From assembly GCA_044892505.1 (NCBI GenBank), contig CM097883.1:400892001-400956000 (forward strand): a stretch of 64,000 bases of DNA. The letters are read 5' to 3'. The notes beneath the pieces are model-generated. The model was not told where the DNA came from and did not search any database. It worked only from the letters and a program-made list of their open reading frames with translations. Of the stretch, positions 51,440 through 64,000 are shown one piece after another; the stretch's first letter is position 1, and every line of letters starts with the position of its first letter. This stretch comes from Schmidtea nova (Eukaryota). Made by a program: the position numbers and the translations under genes.

Positions 51440-52060
51440 TAAGGCATTTTTTAAAAATGGCTTTCAAGTAAGTTTAAGAAGAGGAAAGTCGATAGAGAAA
51501 ATGAAGCAAAAAATAATAGTCACTTAATGTAAAGATTCATTAAAAAGGCACAGACTCAACCAGAAACTACAATTGTAGATGAACCAATTGTACACAGTGC
51601 GTAAGCAATTACGAAATTTCAAATCACGTTGAAGGTGGGGCCAATAGGTCTAGCTATAACAGCGGAGGATGTAACGATTGTGATGATTATGACCCCCGAA
51701 GTGGTATTCCTGAAGTTCTCATGTTCAATGACATTGGTTACTTAGAATTCGACCAAAATTCACAACAACCAGTAGTGTCACAGAAACTTCGCACTGAACT
51801 GATAACCAGTAGAACTTCAGGTATTTCCATATGTCGAAAGCCCGTTTACGTTGGTTCGTGGTCGCTCAAGCGTAAACTTGCTAATGAATAGGAAATAAAT
51901 TAATCTTGACTAATTTATTTCCCGAAAAAGAATGCTGCTCGTTTGGTGGCTTTAAAAAGTGGAAAATTCCTGAAAATGTTGTGGCTCATGAGAACAGCTC
52001 CAACCACCATAGAAAAGGAATAGATACATAAGTTGAATCATATGTTCAAACAGAAAAGAA
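51440..52060 (+). mobile_element. hAT (TTF-type zinc finger, Tip100/ZMYM-like) transposase N-terminal remnant
   Basis: NDIG motif and GGFKKWKIPENVVAHENSSNH at 51930-52013 (cf. GFxxWK...HExSxxH). A possible TIR end, CGCTACGCCTG, ends at 52268. Confidence 0.55.
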
Positions 52061-52465
52061 AAGATGGCGTGATTTTTTGAAACGTTTGCTTAGTTGTATA
52101 AAGTTGTATAATAGTTTAAATTTATTTAACTCTTATGCTTTATAATTTGACTATTGGATTTATAAATTCTGTCACACAATTACTCTCCTATCCCTATGTT
52201 ACATGTTTTGTGTGTGAGGGCGCAAATTTAAACCTTGGCCCGGACGCCGCTTAGTCTCGCTACGCCTGAGAACAAGAAATGCTAGATTCAGAGCAACATA
52301 TGAAAAATAAATTTTTAAAAAGCTTAAATTGATATGTAATTAAATTTTTTTTATTTCAAGAAACTTCATTCTCTTCATTCTACCATTCCAATATAAATCA
52401 AATAGTTTTTTTTTAATTTTATAAAATATCAAAACTTTTAAAAAGACAATTATTTTTTAATTTAA

Positions 52466-52614
52466 CACGTTAATCGCCACGATAAAATCAGAAAAATTTT
52501 CACATGGGCCATGGTAACTTTATTAAATCGCGTACGTCAGACATATATGTCTGACATGGCTCATGTAGAACTTCTTAGCGTCAGACACATATGACTGACA
52601 TGGCGATTAACGTG
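52466..52614. mobile_element. piggyBac-type MITE (149 bp)
   Basis: TTAA at 52462-52465 and 52615-52618 flank 14-bp TIRs CACGTTAATCGCCA / TGGCGATTAACGTG. Two internal GTCAGACA..ATG.CTGAC palindromes are present. Confidence 0.88.
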
Positions 52615-53611
52615 TTAAATAAATAAATTATTAATCAAAAATCAATCAAAAATTATGTTCTTTTTTAAAATATTTTTCTAAATATTCCCATATTTATGAG
52701 CAACAGTATGATTGAAGACGAAGCCCATAATAATCAATTGAAAATGCTCTAACACTTGAGTACAAAAAAGACGGTCAGGTCAATCTTCTCCAAAGAATGC
52801 GGCATTTCGCAATGACATTTGAAAAATTAAACGAGTATAGAATAAAGATCAAAAGTAAAAAATAAGAATCGTCAAAACAATCACATCAGTTAATTTAGTT
52901 TAATCGCCATTTCTCTTTATTATTAAATTTCTTGTTTTTTCATAAAAATTTCATTTTGGAATCGATGCAAGTTTTATGATTTTTGACCTAATTTTGCAAT
53001 TTCCGACATATTCTTACATTTATATTGATTCCCCTTGATTATAATTTGTGCTTCTTAATCAATTTTAGCGTTTAATTTCGCAACTTGTACAAGACTAATT
53101 GTGTTATGTAATCTGGAAAAAGTTTCAAAATTCCAATAACGTGCCAACTGTAAGAAAGCCATCAGAAAGAAATTTTACCTGTGCTTTATCGAAAATAAAA
53201 TTCACAAAAAGACTGGACAAATTTCGTTATCGGGTCTCGATAATTGTATGGTTCCTGTTGAATGACTTTAACCAAATCTTTGATAACATTTTTACGTCTT
53301 TTACAGCTAATCATGATATAAACTGAGATTTCTCAGTAAATGCGGTGACAGTGTTTATGCCATTCAAGTTGAGATGACTCAAAAGAAGCAATCACCAATG
53401 CAAATCCAGATTCGATGTTGTAATAAATGGAGATGACTTCAAGACAAAGTTGCACTATCGAGCAATCATCCGTAGCATCTTTCCAATTCCTAGTCTGCAT
53501 CATACTATGATAATTTACCCAAGCTAGCTCTCAATTAACGCGTCTCGTTGTCTGATCCAAGTGTTTGGACAACCTTTAAAACGTCAGTAGCGTTATTATA
53601 ATTACCACAAT

Positions 53612-55082
53612 CTAATACTACTACCAACTAGTCAAATGACCGATTTCATCAATTGCTCATAAAATTTTTTTAATATTTTATGATAATATTATGACTTTCA
53701 TTAAATTTATGGATAATAAATTTGTTTTGTTCGCACTTCATTTTTATGATATATGTATGTAGTATACCTAAATATACCAACCGATCAAAATTACCGGGAA
53801 ATGAAATTATTGTTTTATTATTGTTTCGTGATTCATGTTTATTTATTTTCTTATGGCAATTGTTGCATTTAGTTTAAATACGTACGTACAGTCATTTTAT
53901 TATTTGCAGTCGTTGTTTACAGTTTAAATACGTTTATCAGAATTTTGTGAACAATTGTGTTGAATATATTTCTTTTCAAGTTTACATTATTGTTGCTCAC
54001 ATTGTAAGTGGAATGTGTATATTTTTTATTATAAAGGAAAATATATTTAGAATGCCGAAAAATTCTAGACGTTTAGAGGACATAACAAATATAAGAGAAG
54101 AAATTTCTGATATCGAGGAAGATGATATTTATTCTAAAAAAAGGACTAGTAGAGAATCAATAAAAAAAGATAATGACATTTTCAATATACATAGACCAAG
54201 AAGAATTTTGAGATAACCTTCATCTTCGGATGAGAGTGACCGTCTGCAAACTGAAAATGCTTATGATGGAACTATCTGGAATGAAATAAAAGTTGGATCC
54301 ACTTCCGAAAGAAATGTAACTGCTAATAATTTCTTTACCAGGAAATCACTAGCATCAAAATTATTGAAAAAACACACAACTTTAGTTGGAAAAATTCATG
54401 CAAATAAAAGAGAATTGCCGAAACTTACTAAACAAAAAAAGATAATTTACCTCGATTTTCATCAATAATTTATAAAACATATAATTGTACTTTGACAGAA
54501 GATAAAAGAAAGCCAACTAAAAAGTACTTCTAATGACTTCGAAATATAATTCAGTTAAAATTGAAAAAGACAAAAAAATTGCCTGAAACTATCATATTTT
54601 ATGAAACCAAATTCGGGATAGATAGATTTATATAACGAAAAAACTGGAGAAAATATATGGCGAAAAGTATTTTAGTTTCAATTAGCAGAAGAACTTTCCA
54701 CAGAATATAAAGATCCATCAGAACTAGAAAACTTAAATGTCCTTTCGAATACTCCTGAAAGTTCTAGGAAAAGAAAAACTTGCCCAGTAAGTTTATGTAA
54801 AGAAAATAAAACCCATGAGTTTTTGTGTTGGTTGTAGAAAATAAATTTGTGGTAAATGTATATAGAAAAAAATGTCTATATGTAAAGATTGTGGTGAGCC
54901 AAATAGTAATAATAAATAATATTAATATATGTCGTGTACCTGCAATATAAGAATAAAAAAAATTTATTTTATTGAAAATTTTCTTTAAATTTTAATATTT
55001 TCTCAGCTAAATATCAAACCAATCAAAATGACCGGTTAGGTAGAAATAGGTATATAACAACTGCTGGTAGGTATAGTGTTAA
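53612..55082 (+). mobile_element. Internally deleted, degenerate piggyBac transposon
   Basis: NNFFT..SLASKLLKKHTTLVGKIHANKRELP, KLPETIIFYETKFGID and a C-terminal Cys-rich domain (CPVSLC...CVGCRK.ICGKC...CKDC). The right end reads GGTAGGTATAGTG+TTAA (55079-55082). A decayed left end lies near 53612. Confidence 0.85.
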
Positions 55083-55086
55083 GTAC

Positions 55087-55145
55087 ACAATATTTCGACA
55101 CAGCCTTTATCAAGTGTGTAATTAAAGGCTGTGTCGAAATATTGT
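55087..55145. repeat. Perfect 23-bp stem, 13-nt loop hairpin
   Basis: ACAATATTTCGACACAGCCTTTA (55087-55109) pairs exactly with TAAAGGCTGTGTCGAAATATTGT (55123-55145). Confidence 0.95.
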
Positions 55146-55475
55146 TTGATTAAAAACCAAAGAAATTTTGATCTATAGTCATACTATTATGGAAATTATT
55201 GATACAAATTAGCTTAATTTGGCTTAAGAATTTCGGGCGTGCATTGTGTGTAAATTTGAGTTTTCATTTGAAATTTATTGTTTACTAGCGAAATCCCGGC
55301 ATGCGTTGAGAAATGTGAACAGAGTCTCGTGAAATTGTATGAATAATCAATTTTCTAGCAAAGCTGAATCGGATTGCCGCGGTTCATATATCAAAATTAG
55401 AAAAGAAGCAGATGCAAAATACAAAGAAATAGTTTTGAAATGAGGAGAAAATTACGATAACTTGTTGAATGAGTG

Positions 55476-55810
55476 CTATGAGGAGTCGAGAAATAATGAT
55501 AATTCATTTACGAAAGAAGTGAAGTTGACGAGGCGTGCAATTATGTTTTTGGAAAGATCAGGTATGGCGGTGTCGTTAGAGCGAGCAATCTGTGCTAAGA
55601 AAATGCTGGGCTGTTGTCCGGCGTAATTTTGTGGCGCCAAAATTTTTGTGTGAGTCTGGGTCTGTGATGAGGTATATTTGGATACGATCAGGGATTTCAA
55701 ATCATCGAACGAGTATCTGCATAAAGAGCATCGGCTATTTTCGGGGCAAGCTCGCCTATCAACTCAGACGGTAGGATGTCGAGTAGGTAATCTGCACGTT
55801 ATATAGGGAA
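55476..55810 (-). mobile_element. Gypsy-like gag remnant
   Basis: ILPSELIGELAPKIADA.../FDDLKSLIVSKYTSSQTQTHTKILAPQNYAGQQPSIFLAQI resembles the Gypsy gag pattern YxxLKxxLIxxxxxS...LGDxKPSxFL. Frameshifted. Confidence 0.5.
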
Positions 55811-56508
55811 GGAAGACGTACGCGATTCAAAAATGCAGAATTACTACGAGGGTGTACCGTAGCGGGTGAGGAAGTCGGTTCTGTTTGAGTTTTGACGCCT
55901 CCAAGAATACGTAAATGGGCGTCTACGATCGAGTTTGGTTTGATTTCAGAGATTGTAGAGATGCGAAATCTGTTGGTCGATATATAAAAGGATGAGTTGT
56001 AAATGTGGTGAAATGCAGCTTTATCTGTGTGTAGATCTGTGGTGATATTTACTTGAGTTATTTTGTTATTGAAGCGCGTTAAGACATATTTTGGAGGGGA
56101 ATGTCGGTGGTGATCGAAGAATCCTTGTTGTATAAGAAATTTTGTGTAAGGTTGTGGGCGTTATTTGTATTGAAGGTGTCGAAAAAAACTGGGTAGAGTA
56201 TTTGTGAAGGATATAAATAAATTTAAAATTTAATGAATAAAAAATACCACTCGTCAGATAATCCCAAATAACTGCCGGATTGATGTTGATTTCTTCCAAG
56301 GTACGTTTTTAACTTTGATGGCCATCCGTGTGGTCCGTAATGTAGTTCACGAGTCTTTAACGCTAGTGTTTGGAGATTTATTGATTTTTGAAAATATTGT
56401 GGAAGCAATTCTGGTGATTTAATAATAATTGATCCACTCAAAATCATTAAAAAATCCAATAACAAAATGTAAAATGCATTATTTTATAGCCAGTAATTTA
56501 ATATAACA

Positions 56509-56711
56509 TAAAATATAATCCGCAACAAAATATCAATAATCAATCAATTTACTATAGATAATAATAATTGTATAGAATAATGAATTAAATACACAGGAAA
56601 TGTAATTTTCAATGGGAATTTTTAGAATGTGATGTTTTTGTTATTTTTCTCTTGGTTTTTAAATAATAATTTTGATTAATAATTTAATTAATACTTTTAA
56701 TTATAGTGGTT
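56509..56711. repeat. ~200-bp diverged direct repeat (partner at 57755-57950)
   Basis: TAAAATATAATCC...AGAATGTGATGTTTTTGTTATTTTTCTCTTGG...GTGGTT is shared, with scattered substitutions and indels. Confidence 0.9.
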
Positions 56712-56929
56712 ATTTTTTATATTTTTTCCTTTTGTAACGACATATGCAATATATAACTAGTTATAATTTAATATATTGTTAGAGTGGCCTAAATGTTTTT
56801 GATTTTAAAAACAGTAATTAATGTTTTTATGTTTTAAAAATAAAAATATTAAGTTACTTTAAATAGATAATTATAATAAAGAATTGCCAAAAATAAAATA
56901 TCTAAGGAAAAACAATTACCAAAAATAGA

Positions 56930-56986
56930 TTTGGTATATAAGTTTGGTATATAAGTTTAGTATATAAGTTTAGTATACAAGTTTAG
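56930..56986. repeat. 13-bp minisatellite TTT(G/A)GTATA(T/C)AAG x4
   Basis: Four consecutive units are directly visible. Confidence 0.9.
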
Positions 56987-58099
56987 GTTTTTTGTTTTTA
57001 AGGGAGGGGAGAATTGTAGGAAACGATCAATAATTTACCAGACTATAATTTTAACTGTAAAAGTGCAGCTGGTGAAAATATATTTATCTAGAACGAGAAT
57101 TCGATTAGCAAAAAGATAATTGTTTGAGATTATTTGTAATCCGAGAGAAAATCAAATCAACGAAAGTGAAAATCCATTTTATCTTCTGATTGGCTTTGAC
57201 TGAATGTTTCAATTAGAGAAGAATCAGAGAAAAGGGGTATAAATACTATCGAGATTATCATTATTGAGAGAGAAAAACAAGAGTCGAAAGAAAATATCAG
57301 TTATAATTATTGATGACATTGAACGCTTCAAGTAATTATTATTATTTTTGTAAAGGGATAAGTGAAACAATAGTGAAGGATAAATTATTATCCTTTTAGG
57401 TTTTTGTAATATATAATTAAATAGCGAATACAAAGTAACGAGATATTACTTTAGTATTCTCTGGGTGCCTCAAAATGATAACCCTCTTGCTTGTCCATCT
57501 CGGTTAGGGAAAAATCTTAGCGATCGTTGTGCTACATAGGAGCACACGATTTCGTTCAGGCTGCAACGAACACCAAGGATTAATAAATCCACCTTTTGTG
57601 TGTTCTTTGTACGCAGTGTTTGTAAATTACTTTTGTAAATTATTAATAAAAGTATTTAAAAAGCATAGTCATTTTGTTTATTTTTTTCATTTATTTATGT
57701 ATTTATTGGAGTGAATTTGTGTTAAGATCAGTAACCCCCATCTTAACAATATGATAAAATATAATCCACAGAAAAATATCAATAATCAATCAATTTACTA
57801 TAGATAATTGTATAGAATAATCAATTAAATAGACAGGAAATGTAATTTTCATGGGAATTTTTAGAATGTGATGTTTTTGTTATTTTTCTCTTGGTTTTTA
57901 AATAATAAATTTGATTAATTATTTAATTAATATTTTTAATAAGAGTGGTTTAATATTTTGTATATTTTTAAAGAATGGCTAATATTAACTTGAGACCTTT
58001 TAAGGTAATGACGCCTGTTGAAATACTACATCTACTGTTACAATTACCCTATAATCAATACAGTTCCTTAACCGTATAGTTCAATCTCTCCGACAAATA

Positions 58100-58290
58100 T
58101 TCATGGGCATTGACTGCTTTCACTAGACTTAATCGGACACGTGACCGAAATTTTTCAAAGTCACACAAATGTGGATTGGTTCAGTGAGAACATTGGGCTA
58201 TATTTAAAAGTGCATGCAATTCAAATTTTGAGGGTTCGGCGATAAACGAGATCCAATTGTAGTGGAGATAGACAAGAGTATATACTTAAT
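58100..58290 (+). mobile_element. Possible Merlin/ISXO2-like transposase remnant
   Basis: TNVDWF and PIVVEIDKS resemble the Merlin TVVDWF...IVEIDES motifs, in broken frames. Confidence 0.4.
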
Positions 58291-61200
58291 CGGACTTTTC
58301 TATTTTATTAATACTTTTAAACTATAAATTAGTAATTGCTTGTTTAAATTGAATTTATTGTCACTGTTGAATCATATAAAATATGAAAATATAATTAATT
58401 TACTTTACCTTCGACCATTAGTAAAATATTGTTCTTAGAACTTTAATTATACAAATTGTTCCATTTTTGACAAAGCCACAAAATTTTACTGATACCTAGA
58501 AAGTGATAATTACAAATAAAATTAACTAATAACAGTTAATGATCATACTTTTGACATGTCTTCTATTATTTAAATTTTCAAAAAACAAAATATATGAATA
58601 ACTAAAACAAATGTCCAAAATAGCTTTTATTTAGATATAAATAAAAATAAGTCAAAAAATGGTTTTAAAAATAAATATTTTTAAAAATTCATGAATTTTT
58701 ATTTTACTAACATTTAACTTAATATTAAATTCAAAAATTTGGGGATAAAATTAGAATTTCTAATTATATTATTTTTGTACTTAAATATTTGTTAATATAG
58801 GAATTGGGATAATTTTGTTATGAGACACATCTCTGTTAATGGCATCCATTGAAGTTCCTGTTGTTATTCATTATGTTATCGAAGAAACACTTGATTTCAA
58901 TTAAGAGTTCTACAAACTACCTAAGCGATGGGGAAAACGTTTGAAGCGTAGTGTTGGGTAGCTGATGAAAAAAATAATCTTGACTGTTTTTATGTCTCAA
59001 ACTTTCAGCAACCCATCACAAAAACATTGATTTACCATATTGTTTCCCGTTACAGTGTAACGTTGGTAATGTAGCAAATGTGTGGACATTCGCAAAAAGT
59101 GAGCTTCGAACGAAGCGAAACTATAATTTACCGAATGTCGCAGGTGGGTTCGAGGGCGACTGATAGAAAGCATATTGGCCCTTTTTAGTCCTATACTTAA
59201 TCTAACTCTCTTATTATTGATTCGCTAGAATTTTTAGTATTCAAGGGATCAAATTTAACCATCTTGTAAGATCAAACGTGCTCAATTAATTGGCAAAAAA
59301 CAATAAAAAACAACGAAAATTTTGCACATTTATCCAATGTGATTATCATTCTCAAGCATACATTTTACATGACTCAATTCGAAAGATTTTAGATAATTCA
59401 TTATTACTTATGATTTTAGCGACGTATGGAAATTTCAATACAGTGGGTTCCCCAATTATTACTCAGTTGCGTCGTTCCCTTCTCTTTTCTAATTCTGAAA
59501 AGATGCATAAAGAAAAGAAATTTCACTGAAATTGGATTAGAATTAATTGAAAATTTTGTGATTTTAAGCTGTATCGTCTTTAATTTATTTGAAGCCAAAT
59601 TCGTCAATGCCATTTAAAATGGGGGGTAATTTTCTACAATTTGGAAGACTGTTAGGAATCTCAAAAAACACACAATTATATCAATAATATTTCACTTTAA
59701 AAAATTTAGCCTAATAAAAGAAGCATTGCAAAATGAGTTAGAAAAAGATGGGTATAAAAATATCAACAATTATTATCAGCATCTTCTTCGATTTTTTTCC
59801 AAAATGCTGCAAAAATTAAATATCTTAGGAGATTAAATTTATAAAATAATAAAACTTTAGTTTCTAACTTTATATGAATATAAATCCATAACAATGTTGT
59901 TAAATTATTAACAAAAATCATATTTTAATGATAAATTTAAGTAAATTTCTTACTTAAGTCAGTTAAAAATCATGAGTAATCACTGACATACACACCAACT
60001 AGTATTATAGAAAGTGGTATCAACAATTTTACAGGCATTATTAGATGACTTTACCTTAATAATACCAATAATGTGCAGGCGGGGTCGATCACCGACCAAG
60101 AGAGAGATTTACTGATACGGTTGACTACCCTTAAATATTTGTATTCACAGTGCTAACCATACTTACATACCTCTGAAACATGCTGCATGGAACATTAATT
60201 GAACTGAGTCACAAACCTAACTCTTCGTACAAATAAATATAAACCCGATACAGTGCGGTTATGCACTTGACTAACACGACGAATAATAGACAAATCTTAT
60301 TTTTGTTATTGAAATGTATTACCTACGTAGAAATAAGTCATTTGTGATTTGGCTGGGACAATGCCACAAGAGAAAAAATACCTTCTCCTATCTACCTTTT
60401 CATGTAAAGGAGATCCGACAGGTTACCTCTCTAACACTTCCTCGTCGGGTAATGCAAGGAGGTTTAGTACATGATACGAAACGGGTGGTTGAGGGCCGGA
60501 TCCTTAAAATTAATCTGCGAAAGAGGGAGGACTGTGAAGTAATACGGCACAGTTCAGCTCAGTGACCGATTGACTTAGACGGAGAACGCCAGTCACTAGT
60601 AAGGCGTGGCTTGCTACGATGCCAAGTAATGTTTCCGGCGGGATAGAACTATTTCGGTCTGAGAGTTTCACGAAAAAAGGTTTCACCAACTCGGTCGTCT
60701 AGTATACGGGTGGCCAAGTCGTGTCCCGCCTTAAATATTTTTCTGGCCCGCAAGATTCATCACACTTTTACAAAATATATTTATATTGGCCATTATAGTT
60801 TTATAATGGCCGGGGTAATTTAAACATTTTAATTATATCGATAAACAAACATTTTTCATTGTATTGTCGGTAATTTGACATATGACTTCGAAGAAAAGAA
60901 GAATTTTGGACGAAAATAGTATCATTAATTTTATATTATCTATGTTTACATGTAAGAATAATAGTAAACACAATAATAAGTCATTATGTTTCAATTTTCA
61001 CTCCAAAAAATGTTTGTAGTGTATCTAAATCTAATATTGGGATATATTATTTTATGTCTGACCCACAGAGTAAGAATGTATTTTCAAAATGGCCCAGAAG
61101 ATCATTTGTGTTGGACTCTTCTCCTCTAATACGTAGAATTGACAAACTTAAAAAGACTTATTTCGCAAATGTCAAGTAAGGACCCTCCATCAACAACTTG

Positions 61201-61958
61201 AGCGAGCGTGTCACACCATAAGAAGTATGGAAGAAGAAATCGAAGCCATTCGCATCGAACTGAAATATTTTAAGGAGGCTATGACGAAGGCACAGGAATT
61301 AACAACACACATTCGACGATTGACATTAGACATGGTACCATAACGAGACAGTATCCATTACGGAAGCAAGGAGTAAGGGGGCTACGGAGAAAGTAACAAT
61401 GATATCGAGGAAAAGCAAAAACCCACACGAGTGCGCAGAAACACCAGCGGTTCCGGAGCTACTAAGAGCGCCAAATGACCAAAACGCTGATGATAGAAAC
61501 GAACCGGCTAGGTAAATTGTCAAAACTACAACTAATAAAAGTAGTTATATCATTTTTCTGTAATTTTGTACAAATAAATCAGTTGCTACTCTTATCGTTC
61601 ATCATTGATTGTGGTCATGATTGTTAATTATCTACTTTATACTCCTATAAGTGATTCTTTCTCGTTTGTTGTTCCGTGCCCTTAAGTAGATCATAGATTG
61701 AGTATGAGTTAGACGGATAGCCCTAAACAGGAAGGGCTTGAAAGGAGAAAAAAGACTTCTATCACCTCCAGAACCCATACTAGTATAGAAAATGGTAGAA
61801 GTTCTAACATATGCTCAACCACCTCTTATTATGCACCCGAGATGTACATTACCAACGTGTTTGTAAGGGACAAACACGGTACATACTCAAGGGGTTGTAA
61901 TTAATTTATGTAGAAGTTGTTGGAAGGATTGAGCGTAATTAAGTTGGAGTGTTTCAAG

Positions 61959-62517
61959 NNNNNNNNNNNNNNNNNNNNNNNNNNNNNNNNNNNNNNNNNN
62001 NNNNNNNNNNNNNNNNNNNNNNNNNNNNNNNNNNNNNNNNNNNNNNNNNNNNNNNNNNNNNNNNNNNNNNNNNNNNNNNNNNNNNNNNNNNNNNNNNNNN
62101 NNNNNCCTTTGCTGCAAAAATTATTTTATTAAGTGAGAAAATTATTTTTGCAGCAAAGGCTTATTTTGTTACTTATTTATTAATTAATTTAATACTTAAT
62201 GCTGCTANNNNNNNNNNNNNNNNNNNNNNNNNNNNNNNNNNNNNNNNNNNNNNNNNNNNNNNNNNNNNNNNNNNNNNNNNNNNNNNNNNNNNNNNNNNNN
62301 NNNNNNNNNNNNNNNNNNNNNNNNNNNNNNNNNNNNNNNNNNNNNNNNNNNNNNNNNNNNNNNNNNNNNNNNNNNNNNNNNNNNNNNNNNNNNNNNNNNN
62401 NNNNNNNNNNNNNNNNNNNNNNNNNNNNNNNNNNNNNNNNNNNNNNNNNNNNNNNNNNNNNNNNNNNNNNNNNNNNNNNNNNNNNNNNNNNNNNNNNNNN
62501 NNNNNNNNNNNNNNNNN
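61959..62517. other. Two assembly gaps (N runs) flanking a ~100-bp island containing a 22-bp inverted repeat (62106-62159)
   Basis: N runs are visible. CCTTTGCTGCAAAAATTATTTT pairs with AAAATTATTTTTGCAGCAAAGG with one mismatch. Confidence 0.9.
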
Positions 62518-64000
62518 TCCAAAGAAATATTGGCCATACATTAAAACAATTGAATTCAACATTTTAAAATGCAATAATGGATAAGCTGTGATGATAATGA
62601 AAAAGGTTGAATTTTATCATTCGCATTTTATCAATTTAGCTTGAAAATAATGGAAAGAATTAAAGTTGACTGTACAACTGATGAAGGACAGATACCCGTG
62701 GTAATTGCTGGATAAGTGATTGATAGCCACGTTATCAGAGAGGAAAATTGGTGCAAATAAATACTTAAGTATTTATGGGATTTTTAGTTTTAAACTCTTG
62801 GTAATTATCTCTTTAAATGGTCCCATTTGACTTCTCATTGAAATATTTATTTCCATATTATAATTTAGTGCTCGTTTATCTGAAGTTTCCGCTGCAAAAT
62901 TCGGTAACCTTCAAATGATCCTGAAGTCCTAATAGCAATTTGAAATGTTTGTTAAGCATTTTCGCTATATGCAAATTTGCAGTTTCCTTATCAAAATTTG
63001 AGAATTACTTTTGTATTGTTTAATTACATAAATCGAGAGATTTTTCAATTTACTTTTTATTGTGATTTGTTTTCAGATTAAGGGTTCTTGAGAAGTGTCA
63101 CAGGTTTATGAAAGGGGTTCCGTGAATTTTGTAAGACATATTTCTGACTTATATTTAAGCGTTTTCTTTAACTCTCTAGAAATGCAATATGACTTTGTTG
63201 CGAATTCAGAGAAATCCCACTTAATTATTTTTTTAAATTCTCATCAAAATCTTTTTGACTTATCGATGTCTCACCAACAAAAATGTTTCTTCAGGTCAAA
63301 TTTTTCAAAATCTTTTGTTTAAGGTCAATTTATAAAATATAAAAGGAAATTAAAAATATTAACATAAATTTTAAATTACAAAGTACATAAAATTTTAAAT
63401 TAAATTATTAATTTAAAATATACAGTATAAATAATTGCTGAAAATTGAGTAATATGATTTATTTCGAAGATAAAATAGCCTATTTCTGATAATTAAAACA
63501 AAATCGACAAACTGGCTTCGACCAACTGTCAATATCGGCAAATTGCCCTCAGTTTATATACTGTCTTTTTCCTGTCATCCTGTCGCCTTAATTGAATCTA
63601 TCAAAATAAAATAATCAAATTGCCTCTGCCGCTGCTTAATTGAATTTTGCTGACAATGGGTTTGCGACTTTTCCCGGGGCATCTTTTCTCATGACCCGGG
63701 TTTCCCACAGGGCTCGGGTTTCCCATTAGTTCGGGTTTTCCATTAGCTTCTTTTATAAGTCCCTAAGTTGGTCTCCTATTTTGTGACCAAAGTAGCAATG
63801 CAAGGAAAATTTATAATAAGATAATTTACTTATCTTATTAGTAGCCAGTCAATTCATCACTCCTCGCCTTTCTATTTTATTCCTTAATTTTCATCAACAA
63901 AGTTTTATGAAATTCTATCAAAATAATTATTTTACTTAAAAATTCAAAATTATTAATAATACATTTTATTCTGTAAACAAATAATACTTTAACACTAACT

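Noticed and set aside
53050-53590. Minus-strand degenerate frame with EWHKHC resembling a transposase-associated motif
   Set aside because: Multiple stops, and the family could not be named with confidence.
60314-61523. Short ORFs and a coiled-coil-like stretch near 60.3-61.5 kb
   Set aside because: No recognisable domain and interrupted frames; probably decayed repeat sequence.
61887-62584. ORFs spanning the N runs
   Set aside because: Their length comes from X residues in assembly gaps.

Overview
AT-rich animal (bilaterian-type) genomic window, rich in transposon remnants, with two short N gaps near 62 kb. Two intact host coding regions are recognisable: the large first coding exon of a Shal/Kv4 potassium channel (minus strand; the gene continues off the left edge) and a single-exon R3HCC1/R3HCC1L-like gene. 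About half the window (~18.1-51.1 kb) is one nested tandem array. It has 79 near-identical ~283-bp monomers grouped by 12 longer spacers into ~2.79-kb higher-order repeats, a 5,580-bp third-order duplication and an 86-bp sub-repeat. Each monomer carries a canonically flanked, stop-free, phase-0 96-nt exon-like cassette, and each spacer starts with a 69-nt phase-0 exon-like cassette. The other main finding is an endogenous viral element: a Phenuiviridae-like nucleocapsid (N) gene, preceded by the viral segment terminus ACACAAAG, inserted inside a decayed hAT transposase. The rest is Tc1/IS630, mariner, hAT, piggyBac (plus a MITE), Gypsy-gag and Merlin-like remnants, an RPS5 pseudogene fragment, local duplications and several hairpins. 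All family assignments come from motif recognition by eye; no searches were run.
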